A DNA stretch of 64,000 nt, from assembly GCA_016717595.1 (NCBI GenBank), contig JADKFE010000026.1, positions 4,323-68,322 on the forward strand. The letters run 5' to 3'. The stretch is from Deltaproteobacteria bacterium. GTDB taxonomy: Bacteria > Myxococcota_A > UBA796 > CAJQPC01. A program made the translations under genes and the position numbers. Below are positions 42,615 through 52,535 of this stretch, in pieces; positions within the stretch are counted from its first letter, which is position 1, and each line of letters starts with the position of its first letter. The notes under the pieces were generated by a model, which worked only from the letters and a program-made list of their open reading frames with translations, searched no databases and was not told the origin of the DNA.

Positions 42615-43355
42615 TCAGCCGCGTGAGGGGATCACCCGCGGCAGACCGCCAAAGAGCTCGTCAAAGCCAGGGATCTCCCCGGTCTCCAGATCGGGGGCGC
42701 CGACGTCACGAAGCTCGACGGCGTATCGCGCCGGGGCGGCCTCGGGGGCGTAGTGCAGGGCCTCTAAGCGGGTTTTGGCGTTACACCCGGCGCAATGAAG
42801 CTCTGTCCCCTCCCCGGCTCGCCAGCGTTGGATCGCCGCGCTGAGCTCACGCGCGAGGCCGACGCCGCAGGCCGGGCAACGAACGGCGTAGCCGCCTTGC
42901 CGGTTGCCGTACACCGTCGGCGCCGGGGGGCGATCGACCCGCCACGCGACGAATCCCCCCGCCACGAGACGCGCCGCGGCCGGACCCGGCGCGCCGTCCG
43001 CGGCGAAGATCCCCGCTTGAATGAGCTCCGCGACGCCCGCATGAAGGGCGGGCTCATCCAGGCGCCGCTCGGGATCCGCGGGCAACAGGTAGAGGTTCAG
43101 GCGATGGGTGGGCCGACGTGAAGAGATGGCGCGCTCCAGATCCCCTCTCCAGCCACGAGCGGGGTACACTCCAAAGGTATGCGCCACGACCCCTTCGTGC
43201 TCAACGGTCCACCCCAGATCGCCCCTGTGGATGGGGAGCTGCCACCGCCGCTGCGGCTGGTCGAAGAGGATGACGATCTCCTCTACGCCCCGCCCAAGCC
43301 GCGCTGGGTGCGGATCGGCGCGGCGCTTCTGGCGATCTTTCGGCATCGCCAGCAC
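42615..43355 (-). CDS. Hypothetical protein with a CxxC...CxxC zinc-ribbon-like motif
   Basis: The motif is RCPACGVGLA...HCAGCNAKT. The composition is non-repetitive. The start codon is uncertain. Confidence 0.55.
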   Translation of the reverse strand: MLAMPKDRQKRRADPHPARLGRGVEEIVILFDQPQRRWQLPIHRGDLGWTVEHEGVVAHTFGVYPARGWRGDLERAISSRRPTHRLNLYLLPADPERRLDEPALHAGVAELIQAGIFAADGAPGPAAARLVAGGFVAWRVDRPPAPTVYGNRQGGYAVRCPACGVGLARELSAAIQRWRAGEGTELHCAGCNAKTRLEALHYAPEAAPARYAVELRDVGAPDLETGEIPGFDELFGGLPRVIPSRG

Positions 43356-43472
43356 GCTCTCTACGATCGCGACGATGGGGCGCTATTCGCCGCTGCACGA
43401 CGCCGGGGACTGGGCGCTCTTCCACCGGCTGACCCAGGCCCCGGGCCGCTGATGTCGCGCGTGGCGCCTCGC

Positions 43473-43934
43473 TCAGCGGGCCAAGAAGTAGTCGGGGATC
43501 TGCACCTCAACGGGGCCTTGGGCCTTCGCTTGGCAGGCGAGACGGTGCCCACGCTTCGCGGCCTCGGCGCCTAGGGTGATCTCCTCGTTCATCTGAACCG
43601 GGCTCAGGTGCTCTGCGCCGGAGACGACGAACACCCGGCAGGTGCCACAGGAGCAATGCCCGCCGCAGAAGTGGTCGAGGTCCACCTTGAGCTCTCGCGC
43701 GGCGGCGAGGATCGTGGTGCCAAAGACCACCTCCCCTGACTTTTTCCCTTGGAAAGAGACCGGGACGAGGTCGCCCTCACGAAACGCGGAGCGTGGGCCG
43801 AAGACACGCGCGCGGACACGATCGCGGACGTCACGGGCGACGTCGCGAAACCTCTGGCGCACAAGCTCGGCGGGGGTCTTCTTGGGGAGGGGCACGACGG
43901 CAGCATAGGACCAAAGTGGGGCCCATGTCACCAT
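43473..43934 (-). CDS. [2Fe-2S] ferredoxin with an N-terminal basic extension
   Basis: The Cys pattern is Cx5Cx2C...C (FCGGHCSCGTCRV...RLACQ). Confidence 0.8.
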   Translation of the reverse strand: MVTWAPLWSYAAVVPLPKKTPAELVRQRFRDVARDVRDRVRARVFGPRSAFREGDLVPVSFQGKKSGEVVFGTTILAAARELKVDLDHFCGGHCSCGTCRVFVVSGAEHLSPVQMNEEITLGAEAAKRGHRLACQAKAQGPVEVQIPDYFLAR

Positions 43935-43979
43935 GGGCTCGCGACGTTATTGATCCGGCGTCATCCACCGTGAAGCGGC

Positions 43980-44603
43980 ATGAACCTCTCGACCCAACAT
44001 CCCCCGAACCACCTCGCCGAGCTCGACGACGCTGATCTTGTCGAGGCGACCTTGCGTGGGGACTACGGCGCCTTTGAGCAGCTCTTCTTGCGGCACTCCG
44101 ATCGTGTCTACAGCGTCGCGATGGGCATCCTGCGCGACGAGGCCGAGGCCCAGGACGCGCTGCAAGAGACCTTCCTCTCCGCGTTCCGCAAGCTCTCTAG
44201 CTTTCGGCGCGAGTCACCCTTTCGGGCGTGGCTCCTGCGGATCACGACGAACACCTGCCTGATGCGCCTGCGGTCTCGGCGGCGGCGCCCCGAGGTGCCG
44301 TTGGAGGTGCGCTCGCCGAGCTTCGCCGACGATGGGCACTTTGAGCGCGCCGTCGTGGACTGGTCCCCCCTGGCCGAGAAGGCCCTGGAGGATCACGAGC
44401 TCGGCGAGCGCCTGCGCGCCGCGGTGGAGGAGCTGCCCGAGAAGTACCGGGTCGTGCTCATGCTCGCCGACTACGAGCACCTCTCGATGCAGGAGATCGC
44501 CGAGCTCCTGCACCTCACCGTGCCCGCGGTGAAGACGCGCCTTCACAGGGCGAGGCTCGGTGTACGTGAGGCCGTGACCGACTATCTCGACGGGAGAACC
44601 TGA
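43980..44603 (+). CDS. ECF-type RNA polymerase sigma-70 family factor
   Basis: Region 2 reads FEQLFLRHSDRVYSVAMGILRDEAEAQDALQETFL...AWLLRITTN. Region 4 reads YRVVLMLADYEHLSMQEIAELLHLTVPAVKTRLHRAR. Confidence 0.92.
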   Translation: MNLSTQHPPNHLAELDDADLVEATLRGDYGAFEQLFLRHSDRVYSVAMGILRDEAEAQDALQETFLSAFRKLSSFRRESPFRAWLLRITTNTCLMRLRSRRRRPEVPLEVRSPSFADDGHFERAVVDWSPLAEKALEDHELGERLRAAVEELPEKYRVVLMLADYEHLSMQEIAELLHLTVPAVKTRLHRARLGVREAVTDYLDGRT

Positions 44604-44869
44604 TGTCCAAGACCTGCTCTGGCCTGTCCTTGACGCTTCGATGTCGAGAGATCTCAAGCTCGATGCTCGATTATTTGGACGGATCTCTCCCCCCTGAGGA
44701 GATGTTGATGATCTCGGAGCACATGCGGCTGTGCCCCGACTGCGCCTGCTTTAAGGCCACCTACGTCGCCACCACAGACCTTTGCGCGAAGGCGTTCTCA
44801 CGCGCCCTCACCGACACGCAGCGGGAGCAGCTCTGCACGAAGCTGCGCGAGGCGCTGCGAACCGCCTGA
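44603..44869 (+). CDS. zf-HC2 anti-sigma factor (short, soluble)
   Basis: The start overlaps the sigma-factor stop (TGATG). The motif is C-x...-H-x3-C-x2-C (CREISSSMLDYLDG...ISEHMRLCPDC). Confidence 0.85.
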   Translation: MSKTCSGLSLTLRCREISSSMLDYLDGSLPPEEMLMISEHMRLCPDCACFKATYVATTDLCAKAFSRALTDTQREQLCTKLREALRTA

Positions 44870-44894
44870 CCGGAGGAAAAACCGGCTCTTTTTT
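44868..44894 (+). terminator. Intrinsic terminator candidate after the anti-sigma gene
   Basis: GACCGG-aggaaaaa-CCGGcTC is followed by TTTTTT (44889-44894), a striking T-run for this GC content. Confidence 0.45.
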
Positions 44895-44990
44895 GTGATC
44901 CAAAGCCCGCCGTGTTTGATCTATGGTGGGCAGGCGAGGAGGTGTAGGTTGGCGCAGGGTCACGGTCTTGGAGCACGACCCAAGCCATCC

Positions 44991-46406
44991 ATGTTGCGCT
45001 GGGGGGTGAGCACGGCGACGGCGGTGACGGCCCACGGCCTCCTGCTGATCTTGCCCAGCTTCGCGGACACGCCCCCCAAGGCCTCACCCAGCCCGGCGCC
45101 CGCGGTCACGCTCACGCTGGTGGCCTTGGCGCCGCCGCAGGCCGAGGCGGCAAAAGAGTCGCGGGAGACCACGGCAACTCCTGTGGATGACGCGGCGCCG
45201 GTTCTTGCGCCAGATCCCGTTGATGAGGCGATCGTTGACGCCGAGCTCCCCGCCGCCGAGCTCCCCGACGCCACCAAGCCGCGCCGCCTGGTCGTGCTGG
45301 GCGAGGGCCCGGTTCTCCCCGATCCAGTCCGCGCCGAGCACTTCGCCCAGCGCGCCCAGCACGCCGAGGCCGACACACGCGCCGAGGATGAGCTGCCCAC
45401 GGAGATTGTGGACGAGGCGAACACCCCTGGCGTCGTCGCGAGCACCGGCGCCCGGGCCCAGCGGGTGAACACCGCCCGCGAAGACCCTCAGGAGCGTCGC
45501 GGCGAAGACATCGCCGACGCCGGGGAGGGTGACGATCGCCTCAGCCCCAAGGCCGCCACGGGCGCCGCCACAGACGGCCAAGCCAACCAAGAAGCGGTGC
45601 GCCCCCCTGAAGAGCGCGTGAAGGACGCCTCTTTGGCGACGAACGACGCCGCGGAAGACGCCGCTGAAGATCCCTCCGACGAGCAGACCGACGCCCTCGC
45701 CCAGCTCATCGCCCCGGAGCCGCCGCGCCCGCCGACGCCCTCACGCCCCGCAGTGGCCGACCGGGACGCGCCGCCGCCTGCGCCCAGCGGTGAGCGCCCC
45801 GTCGGGGAGCGCCTTCAGGCCCCCGCGCCTCCACCAGCCCCGGAGACCGCCGCGCCACCGCCGCCGCCGCCTCCGGCGAGCCCCCAGTCCGCGCCGATCG
45901 CCGAGCGCCTGGGCCCGGCGAACCCCGGGCAGACCGATGGTGACGGCGACGGTGAGGGCGGACGCAGCGCGCGGCCCGACGAGCCCATCATCACCCTGCC
46001 CGGCGAGCCCCACGTCGCCGGAGCGGGCGCACCGTCGAGCCCCGCCGCCCGCCTCGATCTCCAGACGGGCGAGGTGAGCCAGGTCTCCACCGTCGCCGAT
46101 CCCCTCGCGATCTGGCTCGGCGAGGTCCACAAGGTCGCGCGGGTAGGCTTCTCCGAGGCGATGCCGGTGCAGCTCAAGCTCGACGGGGTCGAGGGCTCGG
46201 CGGAGGTCTACTTCTGCGTGAGCCGCCGGGGCAAGGTCTGGGAGGCCACCTTGACCGAGTCGAGCGGCGTCGATGGCCTAGACAACGCCGCGCTCTCCGC
46301 CCTGCCCGACCGAGTGCCGCGCCCGCCTGAGGAGGCTGAGCTGCGGGGTTTAGGCGCCTGTTACACCCACGCGATCAACTTTGTGCAGGTGAACGACCGC
46401 CGATAG
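44991..46406 (+). CDS. TonB-like protein: N-terminal TM anchor, long Pro/Ala/Asp-rich spacer, TonB-C-like domain
   Basis: The start is ATG 44991. The TM helix reads TAVTAHGLLLILP, followed by PAPPPAPETAAPPPPPPPASP. The C-terminus reads AEVYFCVSRRGKVWEATLTESSGVDGLDNAALSAL. Confidence 0.7.
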   Translation: MLRWGVSTATAVTAHGLLLILPSFADTPPKASPSPAPAVTLTLVALAPPQAEAAKESRETTATPVDDAAPVLAPDPVDEAIVDAELPAAELPDATKPRRLVVLGEGPVLPDPVRAEHFAQRAQHAEADTRAEDELPTEIVDEANTPGVVASTGARAQRVNTAREDPQERRGEDIADAGEGDDRLSPKAATGAATDGQANQEAVRPPEERVKDASLATNDAAEDAAEDPSDEQTDALAQLIAPEPPRPPTPSRPAVADRDAPPPAPSGERPVGERLQAPAPPPAPETAAPPPPPPPASPQSAPIAERLGPANPGQTDGDGDGEGGRSARPDEPIITLPGEPHVAGAGAPSSPAARLDLQTGEVSQVSTVADPLAIWLGEVHKVARVGFSEAMPVQLKLDGVEGSAEVYFCVSRRGKVWEATLTESSGVDGLDNAALSALPDRVPRPPEEAELRGLGACYTHAINFVQVNDRR

Positions 46407-46472
46407 CGCCCGCTCACCGCGTCCTCGCTTGCCGCGAGGGGGGGCCGGTGTCAAAGTGAGGGTTGGAGAGGC

Positions 46473-47522
46473 ATGGCCCCAACGCTCCGCGCACCCGCGT
46501 CACCCCGTCGTTCGCCGTTTGGTGCGCGCCTCGCCCGTTGGTTCACCTTCGTGGCGCTGGCGCTGATCCTGCATCTCTTGATCATGCTCGCGGTGACGAT
46601 CGTGAGCCCGCTGCTCACCCCCAAGCCCAAGGGCACGCCACCCAACCTCCAGGTGGTCATCCTCGCGCCGCCTGAAGAGCCCGAGGAGGAGGAGCCCGAG
46701 ACCCCGGAGGTGGACTGGGACGGCCAAGTGGTCGAGATCGCTGAGCCCGAGGTGCAAGAGCGGCCTGAAGACGCCGACTTCCTCGCCGAGTACAACCAGC
46801 GCGTCGAAGAAGAGACCCGGGTGAAGGAGTTCCGGCTCAACCCCGAGGTGATCGCGAAGACGTTTAGCCCTGAAGACAAGCTCCAGCTTGAGGACGTCGA
46901 GGACGTCGGCGCCACAGACCACTCCACCGGCGCCCAGGTGGGCAACGACCGCTTCGATCCCGACCGCGACGGCAGCCTCGCCGCGTTGCCCTCGCCGTAC
47001 AAGGTCACCAACAAAGATGGCCTCCAGGCCCCCACCGTCGGCTCGTTCTCGACGGAGTCCATCGCGGGCTCGCCGTCGAACGATCGCCTCGACGTGCCTG
47101 TGGGCGAGGCGGTGAACCTGAACACCAAAGAGTTCTTGTACGCGGCCTACATCAACCAGATCAAACGGATGGTGAGCTTCTACTGGAACCAGAACCTCGA
47201 CAACCTCGGCGGCCAGCTCATGCTCACCCGGCCGCGGTACACCACCGTCGTGAGCATCGTCATCGGCCCCGACGGGCGGCTTCACGACGCCCGGGTAGAC
47301 GATGACAGCGGCTCAGCCCCCCTCGATCAGGCGGTGATCGCCGCGTTTCGTCTGGCCTCGCCCTTCCCGCCGCCGCCGGAGGGGCTCATGGAGAAGGACG
47401 GCCTCGCCTACCTGGACAGGCTCGCGTTCACCGTTGAGGTCGGCGGCGGCAAGGCGCGGTACATGGGCGTCGATCCCCGGGCAGGCACGCAGTTCCCGGG
47501 CATCCTCAAGACGCCGCGTTGA
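46473..47522 (+). CDS. TonB C-terminal-domain protein (second paralogue)
   Basis: The TM helix is WFTFVALALILHLLIMLAVTIV, followed by an acidic EEPEEEEPE linker. The C-terminus reads YINQIKRMVSFYWNQ...TVVSIVIGPDGRLHDARVDDDSGSAPLDQAVIAAFRLASPFPPPP. Confidence 0.75.
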   Translation: MAPTLRAPASPRRSPFGARLARWFTFVALALILHLLIMLAVTIVSPLLTPKPKGTPPNLQVVILAPPEEPEEEEPETPEVDWDGQVVEIAEPEVQERPEDADFLAEYNQRVEEETRVKEFRLNPEVIAKTFSPEDKLQLEDVEDVGATDHSTGAQVGNDRFDPDRDGSLAALPSPYKVTNKDGLQAPTVGSFSTESIAGSPSNDRLDVPVGEAVNLNTKEFLYAAYINQIKRMVSFYWNQNLDNLGGQLMLTRPRYTTVVSIVIGPDGRLHDARVDDDSGSAPLDQAVIAAFRLASPFPPPPEGLMEKDGLAYLDRLAFTVEVGGGKARYMGVDPRAGTQFPGILKTPR

Positions 47523-47602
47523 CTCGCGGCGCGCATTCCGCGCGGCGAATACCCCAAGCGCCCGCGGCGGGTTAGACGACAACGGCTCACGTCGGAGCGC
47601 GC

Positions 47603-48043
47603 GTGCTCAACATCGGCCTCTCAGAGATGCTCGTGATCGCCATCTTGGCGATCGTGTTCATCGGCCCAGATGACCTCCCCGAGATGATGCGATTCCTCGG
47701 GCGGCAGTACGCGAAGCTTCGGCGGGCGTCGGATGAGCTGCGCAACGCCTTCCAGATCGAGGTCGACCGCAGCGACGCCGAGAAACGCGCTGAAGAGATC
47801 CGCAAACGCCGCGAAGAGCTGCTCGCCAAACGAAAGACCTTGGCCGAGCAGACCCTCACCGCGCCGCGTCCGACCCAGGCCGACCAAGCCCCGGACCTGA
47901 TGCTGCCGACGCCTCCCCCCGCCGCGCCTGAGGCCGTCGCCGCGCCGGTCGCGCCCGCGCCCGACATCTTCCCCAGAGGCCCCGGTCTCGATCAAGACGA
48001 GGACGCGCCCGCGCCCCGGCGTCCAACCTTGGAGGCGCCATGA
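47603..48043 (+). CDS. tatB: Sec-independent (Tat) translocase subunit, TatB-like
   Basis: The sequence MLNIGLSEMLVIAILAIVFIGPDDLP is followed by an amphipathic helix. The protein is 146 aa. The start is GTG, preceded by GGAG. Confidence 0.85.
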   Translation: MLNIGLSEMLVIAILAIVFIGPDDLPEMMRFLGRQYAKLRRASDELRNAFQIEVDRSDAEKRAEEIRKRREELLAKRKTLAEQTLTAPRPTQADQAPDLMLPTPPPAAPEAVAAPVAPAPDIFPRGPGLDQDEDAPAPRRPTLEAP

Positions 48044-48795
48044 CGGACACGGCCGACCCCGTCGAGACCTACCGCATGTCGATCCTCGACCACCTGCGTG
48101 AGCTGCGCACCCGGCTGGTCATCGCGATGTGGGCCTGCCTCGTGTGTGTGGTCGTGGCGTTCTTCTTCTCTGAGCAGCTCTACGACTGGATCTCGGCGCC
48201 GATGGTCGCCGCGCTCGTGGAGCGTGGTGAAGGCACGATGGCGATCACCGACCCCCTCGAGGGCGTGTTCACCTACCTGCAGGTCTCGGTGATCGCCGGG
48301 CTGTTCGCGGCCTCGCCCGTGGTGTTCTCGCAGATCTGGCTGTTTGTGGCGCCGGGCCTCTACGCCTCCGAGCGTAAGGTCGTGCTGCCGCTGGTGATCT
48401 CATCTACGGTCTTGCTGCTCTCTGGCGGGGCGTTCTGCTACTACGTCATGTTTGGCTACGGCTTTAAGTTTCTGCTCGACGTGGTGGGCACCGACACCGC
48501 CGCCGTGCTCTCGATGAGCGCCTACCTCTCGATGGCCATCAAGTTCTTGTTGGCGTTTGGGCTGAGCTTTCAGCTCCCCGTCGTGGTGTGGTTCTTCGCG
48601 CGGATGGGCCTCATCGATGGCCGCGACATGATCAACTACGCCCGGCACGCCGTCGTGGCGATCTTCGTGATCTCCGCGGTGCTCACGCCGACCACCGACC
48701 CGGTGACCCAGCTCATCATGGCGGTGCCGCTGATGGTGCTCTACCTCATCGGCGCTGGCGTCGCGGCGCTCACGAGCACCAAAAAGCGCGGCTGA
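48040..48795 (+). CDS. tatC: Sec-independent (Tat) translocase subunit TatC
   Basis: The protein contains SILDHLRELRTRLV, six TM segments and the segment AVLTPTTDPVTQ. The start overlaps the tatB stop (ATGA). Confidence 0.95.
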   Translation: MTDTADPVETYRMSILDHLRELRTRLVIAMWACLVCVVVAFFFSEQLYDWISAPMVAALVERGEGTMAITDPLEGVFTYLQVSVIAGLFAASPVVFSQIWLFVAPGLYASERKVVLPLVISSTVLLLSGGAFCYYVMFGYGFKFLLDVVGTDTAAVLSMSAYLSMAIKFLLAFGLSFQLPVVVWFFARMGLIDGRDMINYARHAVVAIFVISAVLTPTTDPVTQLIMAVPLMVLYLIGAGVAALTSTKKRG

Positions 48796-48924
48796 TCCGC
48801 GTCACCAAGCTCCTGTGAACTTCGCGCGGCAAAGGGTCGCAGATCCAGCACCCCGCGGTGTCTCAGGGTAAGCAGAGAGCAGCCAGACTCGGGCCTCGCC
48901 GTGCGCCTTCATCCAGGAGCCAAA

Positions 48925-50412
48925 GTGCGCGCCAACCTCCTTCTCCCCTCGCCACGCTCTCGTTGGGGGCTCGGCGGCGCCATCGGGCTCAGCCTCGTCG
49001 GCTGGTTCGCCGCCACCACCGGCAACACCCAGCCCACAGGCCCGGCCTCGTTCTGTGAGGTCTACCCCGACGCCCCGGCCTGCGCCTCGGGTGAGGTCGC
49101 CTGCACGGCCTGCCACACCACGCCGCCGAGCCTCAACCTCTACGGCGCGGACGTCGCCGCGGCGCTCCTGCCCGATCAGGAGCGGCCGCTCTCAAGCGAG
49201 CTCTACACCGCACATCTCGGCGAGGCCCTGCTCGCGGTGGAGTCGCTGGACTCCGACGAGGACGGCGTCACGAACCTCGATGAGATTCTCGGCGGCAGCT
49301 CACCCTCCGACGCCCAGTCCACCCCGGCGCCGTCTAGCTGTGTGGATGAAGAGGACGACGGCTGGTCGCTCTGCGGCTACGACCCGCAGTACGCCTACAA
49401 GAAGGTGATGCTCGACTTCTGCGGGCGCTCCCCCACGATCGGCGAGCGGCAGGCCTTCGCCGAGGCCAAAAACCCCACCTCGGCGCTGCACAACGCCCTG
49501 GACGAGTGTTTGGACAGCGAGCACTGGCGCGGCAAACACGGCCGGGTGTGGAACCTCGCCAACCGCAAGATCGGCCCGCTCCAGGCGATCAAGTCGGGCA
49601 AAGACGTCGGGCCCATCCCCTTGGCCGACTATGACGACGACTACGCCTACTTCGTCTGGACCCAGACCGACGGCCGCGACGTGCGCCTCGTGTTGACCGG
49701 GCAGACCTTCGTGAGCGCCCGGGTAGACGGCGGCGTCACGGTGTACGAGGAGTGGGACCGCACCCCCGATGAGGACTTTGAGCTGCGTGGCTACGACCGG
49801 TACCAGGCCGTCGTGAAAGAGCGCCGCGCGGGCATGCTCACCCATCGCTGGTTCTTGATGAGCAACACGATGTTCACCTCAGTGCCCCGCACGACGGCGG
49901 CCCAGGCGTATCGGGCGTACCTCGGCTACGACATCGCGCTCTTGGAGGGCCTCAACGACGTGCCCGGTGAGCCCGCCGACTACGACAGCAAAGGGGTCGG
50001 TGAGGCCGCCTGCGCCGCTTGTCACGCCACCTTAGACCCCCTCACCTACCCGTTCTCGCGCTACGAAGGCATCGGCGGCGGGGTCGGCGACTCGTACAGC
50101 TACTCGGCGAACCGCCTGAACGGCTTCACCGACGTCGATGGCGAGCTCGTCGCCGAGACGCCCGAGGCCGGGGTGCTGTTCGGCGAGCCCGTCGAGGACC
50201 TCATCGAGTGGGCCGCCGTCGCCGCGAACAGCGAGGCGTTCCGCCGGGCCACGGTGCTGGACTACTGGAAGTTGTTGTTGGGCGAGGCCCCCCGGGCCAC
50301 GGAGCAGGCCGAGTTCAGCCGCCTCGTGCGGGATCTCGGCGGCGACCACGGCTACAGCGTCGAGCTCATGCTCCACGACCTCATCGACATGGAGGCCTAC
50401 GGTGCGCCCTGA
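48925..50412 (+). CDS. Secreted protein with two CxxCH motifs and a Ca-binding-like DxDxDG loop (resembles the planctomycete/myxobacterial PSCyt/PSD DUF158x-type proteins)
   Basis: The motifs are CTACHTTPPSLNLYG, DSDEDGVTNLDEI and CAACHATLDPLTYPFSRYEG. The start is probably GTG 48925, with AGGAG at 48915-48919. The track ORF begins at 48901. Confidence 0.8.
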   Translation: MRANLLLPSPRSRWGLGGAIGLSLVGWFAATTGNTQPTGPASFCEVYPDAPACASGEVACTACHTTPPSLNLYGADVAAALLPDQERPLSSELYTAHLGEALLAVESLDSDEDGVTNLDEILGGSSPSDAQSTPAPSSCVDEEDDGWSLCGYDPQYAYKKVMLDFCGRSPTIGERQAFAEAKNPTSALHNALDECLDSEHWRGKHGRVWNLANRKIGPLQAIKSGKDVGPIPLADYDDDYAYFVWTQTDGRDVRLVLTGQTFVSARVDGGVTVYEEWDRTPDEDFELRGYDRYQAVVKERRAGMLTHRWFLMSNTMFTSVPRTTAAQAYRAYLGYDIALLEGLNDVPGEPADYDSKGVGEAACAACHATLDPLTYPFSRYEGIGGGVGDSYSYSANRLNGFTDVDGELVAETPEAGVLFGEPVEDLIEWAAVAANSEAFRRATVLDYWKLLLGEAPRATEQAEFSRLVRDLGGDHGYSVELMLHDLIDMEAYGAP

Positions 50413-51016
50413 TCTCCTTCTGCGCGGCCTGACCCGCGCGCTGCTCACCGTCGCGCCCTTGGCGGCGCTCGTCTTCTCCTCGGGCTGCGGCGGAGATGAG
50501 TACGCCACCGTGAGCGCAAAAGCCCGCGTGAACGCCAAGTCTGGCTCTGTCTGGGGCCGCGATCTGGCCAACGGCCTCGGCCTACAAGAGTGGGAGCTCT
50601 GCTCTGAGCTCGGCGCGTATGACTGCATCAGCGAGGCCCACCGCATCACCTTGGGCGGCGTCGAGCCCACGGTGCTGGGCATCGACGAGCCCCTGCCCAA
50701 CGCCTCGGTGAGCGCGCCCATCGCCGTGGACCGCGTGGCGACCTCGGCCTGCGGCCTGCGGTTTGACCGCGACAAAGCCGGCGGCGCCGCGGTGATCTTC
50801 GGGCCCGTGCTCAAAAAAGACAACGACCGCGCCCGCGAAGACGTCGCGGACACCTTGGTCCGCCGCCTGCTCGCCCGAGAGTCTACGAAGGCTGAGCTGG
50901 AGTCCCTCGTGGCGCTCTACGACACCTTGGCCCCGATCTCCACAGACCTCACCCGCGACGGCGCCGTCGGCATGTGTGTGATCGTCGCCACCTCCACCGA
51001 AGCCTTGTTCTACTGA
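50402..51016 (+). CDS. Lipoprotein of unknown function
   Basis: The start GTG 50402 gives VRPDLLLRGLTRALLTVAPLAALVFSSGC, which contains a lipobox. The gene overlaps the previous gene by 11 nt. Confidence 0.65.
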   Translation: MRPDLLLRGLTRALLTVAPLAALVFSSGCGGDEYATVSAKARVNAKSGSVWGRDLANGLGLQEWELCSELGAYDCISEAHRITLGGVEPTVLGIDEPLPNASVSAPIAVDRVATSACGLRFDRDKAGGAAVIFGPVLKKDNDRAREDVADTLVRRLLARESTKAELESLVALYDTLAPISTDLTRDGAVGMCVIVATSTEALFY

Positions 51017-51025
51017 GAGGCCGCC

Positions 51026-52525
51026 ATGACGCAGTCCCGTCGAGACATGCTCCGTCAGCTCGCCGCCCTCGCGGGCGTCGGCGCCGGCGCCTCGCTGTTC
51101 AACCTAGAGGCCATCGGCCAAGAGGCGAAGGATCCGCGCTTCCTCATCGTGCTCTGCGCCAGCGGCGGCGGCTCGATCATCGACGGCCCCTTGGCCCTGC
51201 GTGAGAGCGAGTCCGCCAACCCCAGCACCGTGAACTGTTTCCCCGACTCCTTGGTCACGGGCTGGTCGGGCTCACCCTTCCGCGCCGTGGACCTCTCCTC
51301 TGACGCCATCGGGCCGATCCCCGCGCCGTTCTCGGTGAAGCCGTCGGACTTCTTCGGGCGGCGCCGCGAAGACCTGATGGTCGCCACGCTCACCGGCACG
51401 AGCGTGAACCACCAGGTCGCCCAGCGGCGGTCGATCACCGGCAACGAGGCCTGGCGCGGGCGCACCCTGCAAGAGCTCGTGGCCTGGCAGTACGGCGCGG
51501 ACGCCCCGATCCCCAACGTGCACCTCGTCGCCGGCATGGGCTTCAACGACTCGGGCACGGACGCGTCGGTCCCCACCTATGCGCGTCGGCAGATCGTCGC
51601 TGATCCGCTGGTGTGGCCGCTCTCTCTCGACGGCGGGCGCGGCGTTCAGGGGGGCCTCTCGCCGGAGGTGCTCGCCGCCGTGCGTGGGCACCGCGACAAC
51701 CAGTTTGAGCCCAAGACCCGCTTCGACCAGATCTTCAAGAGCTCTCCGCGCCTCGCGGAGTGGAAGAACCTCCGCGGCGCGCCCCAGGCCAAGATTGAGG
51801 ATCTTGACCTCATCACCCGGCTGATGCTCGCCCCCGACGGCGGCAACTTCCCCCTCGGCGAGTACGGCCTGGGCAGCTCACCCTCCGGCGACGCCGTGCG
51901 CGCGGTGTTCCCCGACTACGCCACCGACCCGCTCCACGCCCAGGCGGCCTTGGCGTTCTTGCTGCTCAAGTACCGGGTCTCGGTCTCGGTCACCTTGGGG
52001 CCCAACTTCTCCTTCGTGTTTAAGGAGGGCGGCGAGGCCACCAACGGCCTGCCCGAGAACAGCGTGCTCAACCCGCCCCTGGCCTTTGACTTCAGCCACC
52101 AGGGCCACCGCGCCGGGCAGGCCGTGGTGTGGAGCCGCCTCTACCAGATCATCGACGGCCTGATGACCTTGCTCAAGGCTGAAGACTTCGGCGACGGCAC
52201 GAGCTTCTGGGATCGCACGATGATCTACGTCGCCACGGAGTTTGGTCGGGAGAAGACCCGGCCCTCGGGCGCCCAGGAGTGGGGCACGGGCCATGATCTC
52301 AACAACGGCGTCATGGTGTTCAGCCCGCTCGTGCCCGGCGACACCTTGCTCGGCGGCGTAGACCCCGACACCGGCCTCACCTACGGGTTTGACCCGGTCA
52401 CCGGAGACCCCGACCCCGGCCGGGAGACGGCCGAGGCCGAGATCTTCGCCGGTCTGCTCGGCGCCTTAGACATCGACACCTCGGGCAGCGGCCTGCCCTC
52501 TGTGCCCGCCATGCGCCGGGCGTAA
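51026..52525 (+). CDS. Twin-arginine-signal protein, DUF1501/DUF1552-like (alkaline-phosphatase/sulfatase-superfamily-like)
   Basis: The Tat signal is MTQSRRDMLRQLAALAGVGAGA. The segments FDFSHQGHRAG and ATEFGREKTRPSGAQEWGTGHD resemble DUF1501-type motifs. Confidence 0.8.
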   Translation: MTQSRRDMLRQLAALAGVGAGASLFNLEAIGQEAKDPRFLIVLCASGGGSIIDGPLALRESESANPSTVNCFPDSLVTGWSGSPFRAVDLSSDAIGPIPAPFSVKPSDFFGRRREDLMVATLTGTSVNHQVAQRRSITGNEAWRGRTLQELVAWQYGADAPIPNVHLVAGMGFNDSGTDASVPTYARRQIVADPLVWPLSLDGGRGVQGGLSPEVLAAVRGHRDNQFEPKTRFDQIFKSSPRLAEWKNLRGAPQAKIEDLDLITRLMLAPDGGNFPLGEYGLGSSPSGDAVRAVFPDYATDPLHAQAALAFLLLKYRVSVSVTLGPNFSFVFKEGGEATNGLPENSVLNPPLAFDFSHQGHRAGQAVVWSRLYQIIDGLMTLLKAEDFGDGTSFWDRTMIYVATEFGREKTRPSGAQEWGTGHDLNNGVMVFSPLVPGDTLLGGVDPDTGLTYGFDPVTGDPDPGRETAEAEIFAGLLGALDIDTSGSGLPSVPAMRRA

Positions 52526-52535
52526 CGGGAGACCT